Shown here: positions 1 through 9,219 of the stretch, in pieces
How the letters are laid out: every line of letters starts with the position of its first letter
How positions within the stretch are numbered: the first letter of the stretch is position 1
DNA from: Candidatus Ratteibacteria bacterium
Lineage (GTDB): Bacteria; CAZDME01; JAYEMH01
DNA: 64,000 bases
Assembly: GCA_034717985.1 (NCBI GenBank)
Contig: JAYEMH010000039.1
Location: 1,784-65,783 of the forward strand
Reading direction: 5' to 3'
Notes under the pieces: generated by a model
Told to the model about the DNA's origin: nothing
What the model saw: the letters and a program-made list of their open reading frames with translations, nothing else
The model's database searches: none
Made by a program: the position numbers and the translations under genes

Positions 1-122
1 AAACGTCGACGGAATAAACATGTAAACAATCGCAAAAATAAGGTCGAATTTGATTTAATCTGTGTAATCTATTTTTTAATCTTTAAAATCAGGGGATGCT
101 GGCTTTTTCAGCAGACCCTAAA

Positions 123-160
123 TAGACGAAAAAAGTATACCACATAGGTATACCTTTGTC
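123..160 (-). promoter_or_regulatory. second copy of the TTGACA-N17-TATACT promoter/GGTATACC palindrome module, firing toward the window edge
   Basis: Minus-strand read TTGACAaaggtatacctatgtggTATACT; same architecture as 11295-11335. Confidence 0.4.
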
Positions 161-259
161 AAATCGCGTAGATTTTTTTATATCCTTCTTAACTTAAGTG
201 CACTATGAAAAAAATTTCCGAAAACAAGTTTTGGGAGAATCGCCGATAGTAAATAAATA

Positions 260-472
260 ATGCATCGTTTTCTTATTGTTATTGAAAAAGCAAACGGCAA
301 TTATTCAGCTTACTCACCAGATTTACCAGGTTGTGTCGCAACTGGGGTAACCCATGAAGAAGCTGAACTAAATATGCATCAGGCCGTTGAACTACATATC
401 CGTGGACTACTTGAAGATAAACTTCCAATTCCTGAATCGCACGCTTCAGCCGAATATGTAGCTGTTGTTTAA
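260..472 (+). CDS. HicB-family (UPF0150) antitoxin-like protein
   Basis: 70 aa; motif YSAYSPDLPGCVATGVTHEEA typical of HicB/UPF0150 RNase-H-fold antitoxins; lone plus-strand gene at the window edge. Confidence 0.55.
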   Translation: MHRFLIVIEKANGNYSAYSPDLPGCVATGVTHEEAELNMHQAVELHIRGLLEDKLPIPESHASAEYVAVV

Positions 473-517
473 GAGTTCAAGTATCAAAGAGCAAAATTCT
501 CGTTTCTCATTGAACAA

Positions 518-1807
518 TTACTGAAGCAGCCATTTCCATAAAGGGATAAATTTTATCACCCTGTTCTCAAACTTTTCCTCGCCTTCATAATCAGAGGTAA
601 TAACTAATAAATTGCTGGTTCCAGCTTTCATTTCTTTGCCGGCTTTTATAAGGGATTTAAACTCGCGCATCTTTGTATCGTAGTTTTCTATATCATAGCA
701 AACCTGAATTAGTTCTTTTATCACCGGTCCTTCTTTTAGCACAAAATCAACCTCTTTGCCTGAATAGTCCTGCCAATAATATATCTCTAATTTTGAAGAA
801 AGGGCCTTTCTTCTCATTAATTCCACGGCTACTGAATTTTCGTATAAGCGGCCAATGTTTTTCGAACTTCCGGTAGAAACAACATTTATCAAACCGGTAT
901 CAATTGCGTAAACTTTCCTGGGCGCAGTTACTTTTTCTTTTGTCTTAAAAGAGAACCTTTCAATTAAGAAAATCAGATAACATTCTTCAAGAAAATGCAG
1001 ATAATTCTGGGCAGTGTGGGTGCTTTTTAAACTAAATATATTCTTTAGTTTATTAAAAGTAACTTTACAGGAAAAATTGGAAATCAGATAATTAGAAAAT
1101 TCTTTTATGGTTTTTACATGCCTTATCTTATGTCTTAAGATTGTATCTTTCGTCAGAACTGTTGAATAAAGAGATAATAAATATCTTTTTTGATTTAGCT
1201 CTTTCAGGCTTTCGGGAAATCCGCCTCTCAGTAAAAAGGCTTCTAATTCTCTCCTTATTGAAGCTGTCTGTCTGGTTGTAAAGTGTTCTTTCTGGTATTT
1301 TAAATTACGGAATTTTAAAAATTCTCTGAAAGAAAAAGGAAAGAGTTCTAAAGAAAAATGCCTGCCGGTTAAATGAGTAGCTAATTCTTTACTTAAAAGC
1401 CTGGCATTGCTTCCGGTAATGACTAAATTAAAACCCTGTCTTTTCAGCCGGTTGACGAATAGTTCCCATTTTTCTATATTTTGTACTTCATCAAGTAATA
1501 TAAATTCAGGTTCTTCATAGAGTTCATAGAATGCCCTGAGAACTAAATTCAAATCTTCTGTTTTTAATCCGGCTAAATTCTCATCATCAAAATTTATATA
1601 GGCAAATCTTTTGCCCTTTAACAACTGATAACAAAGTATAGATTTACCTGCTCTTCTTGGGCCGGTGATTACTTTAATTAATCCTGACTTTAGAAAAACT
1701 CTATATTTATTTAAAAGCTCGCGGTCAATTATCTTCTCTCTGTTAAAGATAGATTCTAATTCCTCTTTCTGGTCAATTATTATTTGTTTAAGCGTTAAAT
1801 AATTCAT
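518..1807 (-). CDS. AAA+ ATPase with C-terminal DUF4143-like domain
   Basis: Walker A GPRRAGKS near N-terminus, Walker B ILLDEVQ; ~430 aa architecture typical of AAA_14+DUF4143 cassette ATPases. Confidence 0.7.
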   Translation of the reverse strand: MNYLTLKQIIIDQKEELESIFNREKIIDRELLNKYRVFLKSGLIKVITGPRRAGKSILCYQLLKGKRFAYINFDDENLAGLKTEDLNLVLRAFYELYEEPEFILLDEVQNIEKWELFVNRLKRQGFNLVITGSNARLLSKELATHLTGRHFSLELFPFSFREFLKFRNLKYQKEHFTTRQTASIRRELEAFLLRGGFPESLKELNQKRYLLSLYSTVLTKDTILRHKIRHVKTIKEFSNYLISNFSCKVTFNKLKNIFSLKSTHTAQNYLHFLEECYLIFLIERFSFKTKEKVTAPRKVYAIDTGLINVVSTGSSKNIGRLYENSVAVELMRRKALSSKLEIYYWQDYSGKEVDFVLKEGPVIKELIQVCYDIENYDTKMREFKSLIKAGKEMKAGTSNLLVITSDYEGEEKFENRVIKFIPLWKWLLQ

Positions 1808-1825
1808 AGTGCACAGTTCTCCTTA

Positions 1826-1863
1826 TTTTTATGCATTATAACTGCATAAAAGCAAAAAGTCAA
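1826..1863 (-). promoter_or_regulatory. consensus promoter TTGACT-N17-TATAAT overlapped by palindrome TTTATGCAgttataaTGCATAAA, for cassette gene 518..1807
   Basis: -35 1858-1863, -10 1835-1840 (minus strand). Confidence 0.55.
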
Positions 1864-2010
1864 GATAATTATCGGGTTTTGAGGTTTTGAAATTCCGGGG
1901 TCTTAAATTCCGATAAATAGGATAAATAGCGATAAATAGGGACGGATAAATAGGGACGATAAATAGGGACACCCTATTTCTAAATAGGGCAGACACCCTA
2001 TTTCCGCTAT

Positions 2011-2040
2011 CTCAATAAATCATATCCCTTTAATTCCAGC
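2011..2040. repeat. cassette junction motif copy (CTCAA..AAATCATATCCCTTTAATTCCAGC) preceded by hairpins AAATAGGG-aca-CCCTATTT
   Basis: One of six copies at 2011-2040, 3613-3651, 5151-5181, 5962-5995, 6046-6084, 6977-7013, each 30-50 bp 3' of a cassette ORF. Confidence 0.75.
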
Positions 2041-2076
2041 CAGGAGCAAGTGTCCCCAATACCATTCGTTTTCAGC

Positions 2077-3465
2077 TCAAGTAATGAGTTTGTCCTTGTG
2101 AAATAAATATACATTTTCTTTTTTTGCTATTTTTTTCATTTCCGGGGTAAATCCAGCTTTGCTAAACAAAGAAAAATATTCCTTTCTATTCTTTTTTCCC
2201 CACTCTACTTTTTGAGACTTTTCCCTTAAGTCTTCATAGATATTGGTCCCAATAGGCTTATTAGACCATTTAACTTCACCGAAAAGAATCTCATTTGCCA
2301 GGCTATTCAATGCAACAAGATCTATTTCTGCATCCTTATTCCACCAGCGGCCATAAGTTTCAAATTTAAGATGAATTTGGTTGTTCAGAATCGCGTTCAA
2401 GAAAATTTCACCTGATATTTTTTCATAGTTTCTGGATAGAAGTTCGGGAAGCGCTTTTTTTATTCTTATTGTTACCTCATTTATTCTATTTTCTTCAAGA
2501 AGAGATCGATTTCTAAAAACAAATCTAAACCAGAAATTGAAAAAATTATCATCTAACATATAGATGCCTTTCCTGCTCTTCTCGGGTATTTTTTCAGTAA
2601 CTGGTATTTCTTTTTTCGTAATCTGAAGATTTTCCAAAATAGAAATATAACGGGACGTCGTACCCTTATCAAAGCCGGTTTCATTTATAATTTCGGAAAG
2701 TTTATGTTTCCCTAAAGACAATGCTTCCAGTATTACAAAATAGTTCCGGGGTTCTTTTAATTTTTCTCTCAATAAAAATTCAACCTCTTCATAAAGAGGT
2801 TCTCCTTTTCTTAAAATCTCCTCCTTGATAACTTCAAGATAATCTCTATGATAGAACTTATTTAAATAGAGCGGGGTACCTCCAACAATGCTGTAAACAG
2901 ACAAAATTTCGTCAAATGCTTTGCGAGGAAAAACCTCTTTCACTTCCTTAAATCTAAAAGGTTTTATCAAAAACTGGCCTGTCCTTCTGCCATATAAAGG
3001 AGCCTTATAAAAAAGGGCGGTTTTTTCCATCATCGAGATACTTGAACCTAAAAGCAGCATATAAATCTTAGACTTCTTTAGATAAAGATCCCATGCCTTT
3101 TGAAAAGTTGAAGGTATCGCCTTATCACTTTCAGCTAAATAAGGAAATTCATCTATTATAATGCCTATTTTTTCTCTTCTATTAGCTATATATTTAAAAG
3201 CTGTTTCCCAGTCCTTAAATCCCTCCTCAGGTAGAAATTCATCTTTAAAGTATTCTGCTATAGTATCAGTAAACTTCCTTAGCTGATTACGAGCAGCTAT
3301 TCTTTCACATAAAAAATAGATGTGAGGTTTATTTTTTACAAACCGGATGCTAACTTCGGTCTTACCAACCCGCCGTTTACCATAGATTATAATTAATTGG
3401 GCTTTGTGCACATCCCATTTTTCATTAAGAAATTCCAGTTCTAATTCTCTGTTTATGAATCTCAT
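2077..3465 (-). CDS. archaeal-type ATPase (Arch_ATPase/DUF234 family)
   Basis: P-loop GKRRVGKTE, Walker B IIIDEFPYL, 462 aa; a consensus promoter sits upstream. Confidence 0.65.
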   Translation of the reverse strand: MRFINRELELEFLNEKWDVHKAQLIIIYGKRRVGKTEVSIRFVKNKPHIYFLCERIAARNQLRKFTDTIAEYFKDEFLPEEGFKDWETAFKYIANRREKIGIIIDEFPYLAESDKAIPSTFQKAWDLYLKKSKIYMLLLGSSISMMEKTALFYKAPLYGRRTGQFLIKPFRFKEVKEVFPRKAFDEILSVYSIVGGTPLYLNKFYHRDYLEVIKEEILRKGEPLYEEVEFLLREKLKEPRNYFVILEALSLGKHKLSEIINETGFDKGTTSRYISILENLQITKKEIPVTEKIPEKSRKGIYMLDDNFFNFWFRFVFRNRSLLEENRINEVTIRIKKALPELLSRNYEKISGEIFLNAILNNQIHLKFETYGRWWNKDAEIDLVALNSLANEILFGEVKWSNKPIGTNIYEDLREKSQKVEWGKKNRKEYFSLFSKAGFTPEMKKIAKKENVYLFHKDKLIT

Positions 3466-3495
3466 CCTAAACTCCTTCCTGCTAATCTAATCAGT

Positions 3496-3547
3496 ATAAT
3501 TCAATTTAGACTAATCTATTTTAGACTAATCAGGACGCTTTGTCAAT
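3496..3547 (-). promoter_or_regulatory. consensus sigma70 promoter TTGACA-N17-TAAAAT with GATTAGTCTAAA direct repeats, for cassette gene 2077..3465
   Basis: -35 at 3541-3546, -10 at 3518-3523 (minus strand); direct repeats overlap the -10. Confidence 0.55.
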
Positions 3548-3612
3548 CAAAAATTCTATCTCACCTTTTTGCTGAACATACATACAGTTCCGGGGTCCAG
3601 TTCCGGGGTCAA

Positions 3613-3651
3613 GTCTCAACATTTAACAAATCATATCTCTTTAATTCCAGC
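3613..3651. repeat. cassette junction motif copy GTCTCAACATTTAACAAATCATATCTCTTTAATTCCAGC preceded by TTCCGGGGTC direct repeats
   Basis: See above. Confidence 0.75.
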
Positions 3652-3693
3652 ATACTGGTAAATTCAGGCTTCCCGAATCACTTTCTACCAAAA

Positions 3694-4872
3694 CTACACA
3701 AGTGCGCTTAAGAACTTACTGGCGCTTATAACCCGAATATTATCCTTTATGAAATCAATGTTCCCTTCTTTCACCACCTCATAGATAAAGGGAATTTTAA
3801 GTTTCTCGCCAAAATATTTTAATGACGCCGGGATATCCTTATAGGTCGCCTTAACCTCAACACAAAACCAAACCTTGTTTCCAACCGTAATTAAAAAATC
3901 AACTTCCCTCTGTTCTTTGTCTCTCAGATAATACAGTTGAGCTTTATATCCTTCTGCGTCAAAAAGAAAGTGGCAAAATTTCAAAAGATGAGAGGCAATA
4001 ATATTTTCAAACCTGACATTTTCGTCTCCAATTTCAGACCAGTCCCACAAATACAACTTGGGTTCTTTTCTCAACGACTTTATAACATTAGTTTGAAAAG
4101 GATATATTCGGAAATGATAATAGAACTGTTCTAATATATCTACCCACAAAGATACTGTCTTATGGGTAACCCCTAAGTCTTCACGTAATGAATTCAAAGA
4201 AAAAAGAGACCCGGTTTTCCCTGGCAAAAGCTCAACTAACACCTGCAGGGCTGATATATCCCTTAGATTTTCAATATCCCGAATATCATCCTTTATGACC
4301 CTGTCAATTCTGGCGTTATGCCACCGTCGCAGCGTTTTCTCGCTTTGTTTGATAAATATTTCCGGGAAGCCGCCGAATTTAAATAAACGATTAAATAATT
4401 TCTTCTGCTGTGTATTTTCATCTGAGAAAACAAGTTCTTTGAAAGGATTACAAATTATCTCCGTGCTTGATAATTCGTGCAGGGAAAGAGGATGCAGCCT
4501 ATACGGATGATACCGGCCCAGCAATGAATCTCCACCTTTCTTATACACATCCAATCGTGCGCTGCCCGTTACCAGTATCTGAAATTCCTGTTTGTGCTTG
4601 TCATATTCCCCTTTTAAATAATTCTTCCATTTTCTATATTTATGAATTTCGTCAAAAACAATCAAATCTTTATCCGCCGGGAAGCTCTCGTTAAGAATAA
4701 GCTTTCTGTCTTGTCGATTATCCCAATTTAAATAGGCATATTTACCTGGAAAAAACTTATTGCTGATTTGTTTAGCCAGAGTAGTTTTGCCAATTTGGCG
4801 GGGGCCGGAAATAAAAACCATTTTATCCTTCAAATCATCCAAAACGTACTTTTCTAAATATCGCTTAATCAT
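3694..4872 (-). CDS. AAA+ ATPase, DUF4143 family (second copy, diverged)
   Basis: Walker A GPRQIGKTT, Walker B LIVFDEIHK; same architecture as 518..1807. Confidence 0.7.
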   Translation of the reverse strand: MIKRYLEKYVLDDLKDKMVFISGPRQIGKTTLAKQISNKFFPGKYAYLNWDNRQDRKLILNESFPADKDLIVFDEIHKYRKWKNYLKGEYDKHKQEFQILVTGSARLDVYKKGGDSLLGRYHPYRLHPLSLHELSSTEIICNPFKELVFSDENTQQKKLFNRLFKFGGFPEIFIKQSEKTLRRWHNARIDRVIKDDIRDIENLRDISALQVLVELLPGKTGSLFSLNSLREDLGVTHKTVSLWVDILEQFYYHFRIYPFQTNVIKSLRKEPKLYLWDWSEIGDENVRFENIIASHLLKFCHFLFDAEGYKAQLYYLRDKEQREVDFLITVGNKVWFCVEVKATYKDIPASLKYFGEKLKIPFIYEVVKEGNIDFIKDNIRVISASKFLSALV

Positions 4873-4901
4873 AAAATACCTCCATTTATCTCCTCTTATA
4901 A

Positions 4902-4929
4902 ATTATACCATAGTATAATTTTTTGTCAA
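4902..4929 (-). promoter_or_regulatory. promoter TTGACA-N16-TATAAT overlapped by palindrome ATTATACtatgGTATAAT, for cassette gene 3694..4872
   Basis: -35 4924-4929, -10 4902-4907 (minus strand). Confidence 0.5.
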
Positions 4930-5150
4930 ACATTTTCTACTTTAGGAGAATAATCTGGTTTTCTTGGGGACATTTTTATCTCAAGAGCTGGCACTAATTT
5001 CTATATGTTCTCTTCCATTATCTTTATTCTGCTTAATATATTATGCAATAGGGCAAGAAGTTCACCGATTAAGCTTTTCTCATTGATAATTAAATAATTA
5101 AATAAATTAAATAGCAGACACCCCTAAATAGGGACACCCTATTTCCCCTA

Positions 5151-5181
5151 TCTCAACAAATCATATCCCTTTAATTCCAGC
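5151..5181. repeat. cassette junction motif copy
   Basis: Preceded by the AAATAGGGACACCCTATTT hairpin at 5123-5146. Confidence 0.75.
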
Positions 5182-5235
5182 AATACCATTCGTTTTTAAT
5201 TCAGGTATGGGGCAAAACATGTACTGACCTCTCAA

Positions 5236-5625
5236 TCAAAGTCTATCTTTGAGTTTTATTAGTATCTTGTCCATCAATTCGAAATAACCTTTTATACCTT
5301 TATAAATTTTTTGCGCAACTTCTTCCTTGTAAGTATGAGATGTATCATTCCTTCTATCAGTCATTTCCTGAAGCTCAACCGTCTCATCTTCGGTAGAATA
5401 ACCTAATGAGAAAATTTCCCGGAAACACGTTTTCGGGGAATTACCGATAACACCCTCTTTTTCTTTGAGATACTCCTTAATAAACTTCCAAAAGGCCTCA
5501 AAAGAATATTCAAAACGCTGAATGGCGGCATCCCGGATAATTATTGAAAACGGTTCGTCGAATATTTTTTTTAATGTATCTAAAGCCTTCTGCGCATCTT
5601 TATATTTCAACTTTAATCTTTCCAT
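5236..5625 (-). CDS. HEPN-domain nucleotidyltransferase substrate-binding protein (HI0074 family)
   Basis: RRNDTSH matches the HEPN Rx4-6H motif; overlaps the upstream NTase gene by 13 nt (coupled pair). Confidence 0.6.
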   Translation of the reverse strand: MERLKLKYKDAQKALDTLKKIFDEPFSIIIRDAAIQRFEYSFEAFWKFIKEYLKEKEGVIGNSPKTCFREIFSLGYSTEDETVELQEMTDRRNDTSHTYKEEVAQKIYKGIKGYFELMDKILIKLKDRL

Positions 5626-5906
5626 ACAATCACCCCTTTCATTGCCTCTTTCTTAAAAGACTCTGAAACGTCTGCAAAAGTTACGATTTCCACTTTATAA
5701 GGAATATTCAAATCTTCTATTTTCTCGTTCAGTGAAATAATCTTTTTCTTATCAATATCCTCATAAGGAATAAGCCCGATGTCTACATCAGAGGTAGGAT
5801 GGTTATCTCCTCTGGCGCGCGAGCCAAAAAGCACTATCTTTACTCTTTCATCTTTTAATGTGTTTAACACTAATGCTTTTAATTTTGCTAAATACCTGTT
5901 TTCCAC
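5613..5906 (-). CDS. minimal nucleotidyltransferase (HI0073/MntA-like)
   Basis: GSRARGDNHPTSDVDIGL: GS...DxD pol-beta NTase signature. Confidence 0.65.
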   Translation of the reverse strand: MENRYLAKLKALVLNTLKDERVKIVLFGSRARGDNHPTSDVDIGLIPYEDIDKKKIISLNEKIEDLNIPYKVEIVTFADVSESFKKEAMKGVIVWKD

Positions 5907-5961
5907 AATGATATTCTCCTTATTACATTCCGCAATTCCGGGGTCACAATTCCGGGGTCAA

Positions 5962-6084
5962 GTCTCAACATTTAACAAATTATACTTTTTAATTCTTCTT
6001 CGCTCGGGATTCCCTTCGGTCACTTTGTCGGCTTAATCACTGCAGGTCTCAACATTTAACAAACCATATTCCTTTATTTCCAGC
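5962..6084. repeat. two tandem cassette junction motif copies with no cargo between them
   Basis: 5962-5995 and 6046-6084, each preceded by TTCCGGGGTC-type or hairpin sequence. Confidence 0.7.
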
Positions 6085-6115
6085 AAGGGGTTAAATATCA
6101 AAAGTTGCCAACTTC

Positions 6116-6532
6116 CTATAAAAATCTCTCAGTTATCTTAGTTAATATCATTTGTATATCGCCTTTCCCTTTAGTAAAAATAGAATATACCACATTTTTA
6201 TTAAGAGCTATATACTCATGCCCGACGATGTTTCGAAACCCAATCATTTTTTTCAATAATTCAAAATCATTACTGTCTAATATGCCTTTATCACCAAGCA
6301 TCTTTGCCGCTTCATAAGCCGTCTGCGGAAATCCATACCCTTCGTCCACCACTATATGCTGAATAATATCTATTAAGTGGTTTACTATCTGAAAAAGATT
6401 GTATTCGATGACGTCCTGAGTCTTCCCATCTTTTAAAAAATCCTCATAAGAAAGTCCACCATAGGCAGAAATTCGTTGAAAATGTTCCTCTATTTGCTTT
6501 ATTCTGCTCACTATAACGTCTTTATCCACCAT
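6116..6532 (-). CDS. hepT: HepT/DUF86 HEPN toxin
   Basis: RNIVGHEY HEPN motif near C-terminus; overlaps upstream mntA-like gene. Confidence 0.65.
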   Translation of the reverse strand: MVDKDVIVSRIKQIEEHFQRISAYGGLSYEDFLKDGKTQDVIEYNLFQIVNHLIDIIQHIVVDEGYGFPQTAYEAAKMLGDKGILDSNDFELLKKMIGFRNIVGHEYIALNKNVVYSIFTKGKGDIQMILTKITERFL

Positions 6533-6914
6533 AGCTATACCTCCTTTTGACTCTTGATATCTTCAATTCTCTTAAAGTGCGTGCGTCGTCATATGAATAG
6601 TAATTTCTGAAATAATCCCTTTTAAGATTCTCCTGCTTGTTAACCAAAAGCGGCTGGCCATGGGAAAATGCCTTTAAAACAAGTTCAGGGGGAGACTCAT
6701 TGGCCATAACTATATCTATCTTTCTTTTCAAAACCAGCGCTAATTCTGCGGTTAAATCATTTTTCTCAGGCGCATCTAAATTCCCCCCGATTAAAATATC
6801 TACATCACTTTCCCGAAGGGGTGTTTTAAGAGCAGAGCCAAACATAAAGGCATAATCAATCTTTTTGAATTTAGACAGAATTTTTCTGGCTTCTTCGATA
6901 TATTTTTCAGTCAT
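6522..6914 (-). CDS. mntA: MntA-type nucleotidyltransferase antitoxin
   Basis: FGSALKTPLRESDVDILI NTase motif; partner of adjacent HepT. Confidence 0.65.
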   Translation of the reverse strand: MTEKYIEEARKILSKFKKIDYAFMFGSALKTPLRESDVDILIGGNLDAPEKNDLTAELALVLKRKIDIVMANESPPELVLKAFSHGQPLLVNKQENLKRDYFRNYYSYDDARTLRELKISRVKRRYSYGG

Positions 6915-6957
6915 AATAAATTAATTTCCCTTCTCCGCTTCCAAAGAAGTTCCGGGA

Positions 6958-7878
6958 TCAAAAATTCCGGGGTCTGGTCTCAACATTTAACAAATTATAC
7001 CCTTTTATTATACTGCCGCAAACCATCTGGACCATATCGCTAAATTCTCCCATATCGCCTTTCCCTAAAGCAAGATAGTATTTATGGCGGTCATCTATCT
7101 GAATTATGGCCGGCGGGTAGCCTTTACTCAACAACTGGGTGATTAGAATCAAGCGGCCTACCCGGCCGTTTCCATCAAAAAAGGGATGGATGGCTTCAAA
7201 CTCATAATGGTCATTTGCTGCTTTACCAACAATATCCTTACCGTACCGATTGACATTGGATACAAACTTTTTCATCTTTATCGGAACCATCTGGGCTGAG
7301 GGAAGCGCCTTCTCGGTATTGGTAAGATTAACATAACCGGTCCTATATTTTCCCGGAAGCTTATTGTTGAAATTATACATCACTATAGAATGAAGCTTTA
7401 AGATATATTCTTCGTCAATTTTAAAGTTGGGTTTTATTCGCTCAAAGATAAATTCCAGGGCGTTTCTGTGATTTACTGCCTCTAAAACCTCAAAAAGATT
7501 TTTGCCTTTCACCTTTTCACCCTTAAATGCCTTCTCTGTCTCCCGGCGGGTCATTCGGTTCCCTTCAATGGCGTTGGAATTATAGGTCATCTCGAGACAG
7601 AATTTCTCCTGAATGGTTTTATTGCTTTTTAAGATTTTTATCGGGTTGCCCAGGTCATTTTTGAACCGGCGGATATACTCTCTTAAATCAACATGCTCTT
7701 TAAACAATTCGTCAATTTTATGAACTCGGGCCGGATGCGGTTTAATCCCCTTATCCAGCCAGCGGTAAACTGTTTTATAAGTAACCTCCATGAGTCTGGC
7801 CAATTCAGATCTGGATATCTTAGTCTGCTCAACGATTTTCCTTAACTTCTCGTTATCGGCAATTATTGCCTTTTTCAT
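6958..7878 (-). CDS. Fic/Doc family AMPylation-type protein with N-terminal HTH
   Basis: Canonical Fic motif [13 protein letters not shown]; N-terminal [23 protein letters not shown]; C-terminal residues run into the cassette junction motif. Confidence 0.8.
   Translation of the reverse strand: MKKAIIADNEKLRKIVEQTKISRSELARLMEVTYKTVYRWLDKGIKPHPARVHKIDELFKEHVDLREYIRRFKNDLGNPIKILKSNKTIQEKFCLEMTYNSNAIEGNRMTRRETEKAFKGEKVKGKNLFEVLEAVNHRNALEFIFERIKPNFKIDEEYILKLHSIVMYNFNNKLPGKYRTGYVNLTNTEKALPSAQMVPIKMKKFVSNVNRYGKDIVGKAANDHYEFEAIHPFFDGNGRVGRLILITQLLSKGYPPAIIQIDDRHKYYLALGKGDMGEFSDMVQMVCGSIIKGYNLLNVETRPRNF
6977..7013. repeat. cassette junction motif copy overlapping the 3' end of the Fic gene
   Basis: The Fic ORF C-terminus ...GYNLLNVET is encoded by the motif. 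Confidence 0.7.
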
Positions 7879-7892
7879 TTCCCGCCTTTGTC

Positions 7893-7911
7893 AATAGGAC
7901 ATATGTCCTAT
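7893..7911. promoter_or_regulatory. perfect 18-bp palindrome ATAGGACATATGTCCTAT (likely operator) upstream of HTH-Fic gene
   Basis: Perfect inverted repeat 15 bp upstream of the Fic start; half-site TATGTCCTATA repeated at 7937-7947. Confidence 0.5.
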
Positions 7912-8041
7912 ATTTCCTTTCACCATAATTATACCATATGTCCTATAATAATCAAGGAAAATCATGTAAAAAACCCTGTTTTTTGCCGCGACTTTAAAAG
8001 AATGCTCCAGAGTATTTAGAAAATAGACGATTTTTATTTTT

Positions 8042-9181
8042 TTACTTATCGGTTGCTTTCTTCATAATTTCAAAGAATTGGCTGACATCTCTTATATCAA
8101 AAGCAACATCTTTGTTACTAACCAGAATTCCATCAGCCGTATCTATAGCCGGATTAAAACCGTGCATTCCCTGAGGGACATTATTACTCATAAAACTGGG
8201 GCTTATCAGGCATCCGGGATTCATCAGAAAAATTATTTCTCCATATCTTCTATCCGGGAAATATGCCCGCCAGTTTTTCAATTCTTCATCATTTAAAATC
8301 CTGCCCTGCCGGTTTTTCTTGAGCAGTTCAATAACGGCTGATTTCGTTTGTTCATTAAAAAACCAGAACCGGGCCATAGTGGAATCATACATTGCTAAAT
8401 AATCCTGCGGCATTTTAAAATTCAGTTTATCTATCTCCTTTTTTAAATCAATAGTTGAGTCAGTCGGTGTCATCCCGTGGTCGGAAAAAATATAGAGATT
8501 TACCTCTTTATATTTGTTGCCGGCAATTTTGAAAACCTGCTTTATTTTTTCCTCGTACGAATCGATAATTTCATTGACCTGGTTTTTCTCCTTACAGAAT
8601 TTATGTAACGCTCTATCTATGCCGGCTGAATAAAGAAAATAGACAGGGATGTCTTCTCTCTTTATTTTTTCGCCGACAATCCGAAAAAGTTCCGCATCAG
8701 CGGTGGTATAATTAAAACAGGCATATTTAATGCCTCTCGCCTTCCATACATCAAATATAGACTGGCAGTTGTCAAATCCTCCCGGCTCATAGATGCTTTT
8801 CCTCTCGCAAAGCTCAAAATAAGGCAGTAATTCAACCGGCACCACATAAGTCTCAAAATAGCCGGTGTAACCGGCTTTTTTCTGGCTGATTACCTCAATA
8901 ATCTTTCTTCCAAGACGGCTGTTCAGGCATTTCTTGGGGAGCCATCGGATATACTTAATCCAGCCGAACAAAACACTATTCGGGTTATAATGAAACAAGG
9001 ACCAGTGCTTATGCTCTTCAGGATATTTTCCGGTAACAATAGACGGCAAAATAGCGCTTGAATAGCCCAACAAGCTCTTTACCGGTCTTTTGGTCTTGGC
9101 TATCCCATCCAAAAACGGCCGGTTCTTAATATAAGTCCACCCCAACGCATCAATCAATATAAATATATTTACCTTTTCCAT
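8042..9181 (-). CDS. alkaline-phosphatase-superfamily enzyme, nucleotide pyrophosphatase/phosphodiesterase (NPP)-like
   Basis: ILIDALGW and LPSIVTGKYPEEHKHW resemble NPP/PF01663 metal-ligand and nucleophile regions. Confidence 0.5.
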   Translation of the reverse strand: MEKVNIFILIDALGWTYIKNRPFLDGIAKTKRPVKSLLGYSSAILPSIVTGKYPEEHKHWSLFHYNPNSVLFGWIKYIRWLPKKCLNSRLGRKIIEVISQKKAGYTGYFETYVVPVELLPYFELCERKSIYEPGGFDNCQSIFDVWKARGIKYACFNYTTADAELFRIVGEKIKREDIPVYFLYSAGIDRALHKFCKEKNQVNEIIDSYEEKIKQVFKIAGNKYKEVNLYIFSDHGMTPTDSTIDLKKEIDKLNFKMPQDYLAMYDSTMARFWFFNEQTKSAVIELLKKNRQGRILNDEELKNWRAYFPDRRYGEIIFLMNPGCLISPSFMSNNVPQGMHGFNPAIDTADGILVSNKDVAFDIRDVSQFFEIMKKATDK

Positions 9182-9219
9182 CTGTGTAATCTGCGCCTTT
9201 TAATCAGTGTAATCTGTGT

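Noticed and set aside
673-876. Numerous 60-150-aa plus-strand ORFs nested antisense inside large minus-strand genes (for example 673..876, 3937..4134, 15203..15403, 24154..24756, 47270..47476, 51257..51625)
   Set aside because: They lie entirely inside well-supported genes on the opposite strand, have low-complexity or skewed composition and no motifs. They are treated as spurious six-frame artefacts.
1808-7013. A CRISPR array was considered as the explanation for the regularly recurring ~38-bp motif
   Set aside because: Motif copies are separated by 0.1-1.4 kb of protein-coding DNA of irregular length rather than 25-50-bp spacers, so this is a cassette-junction repeat and not CRISPR.
1808-7013. 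Classical integron attC sites
   Set aside because: The motif contains heptamers matching RYYYAAC/GTTRRRY, but I could not find a convincing R''-L''...L'-R' imperfect palindrome spanning each junction. No intI or attI lies in the window. The idea is kept only as an analogy in the findings.
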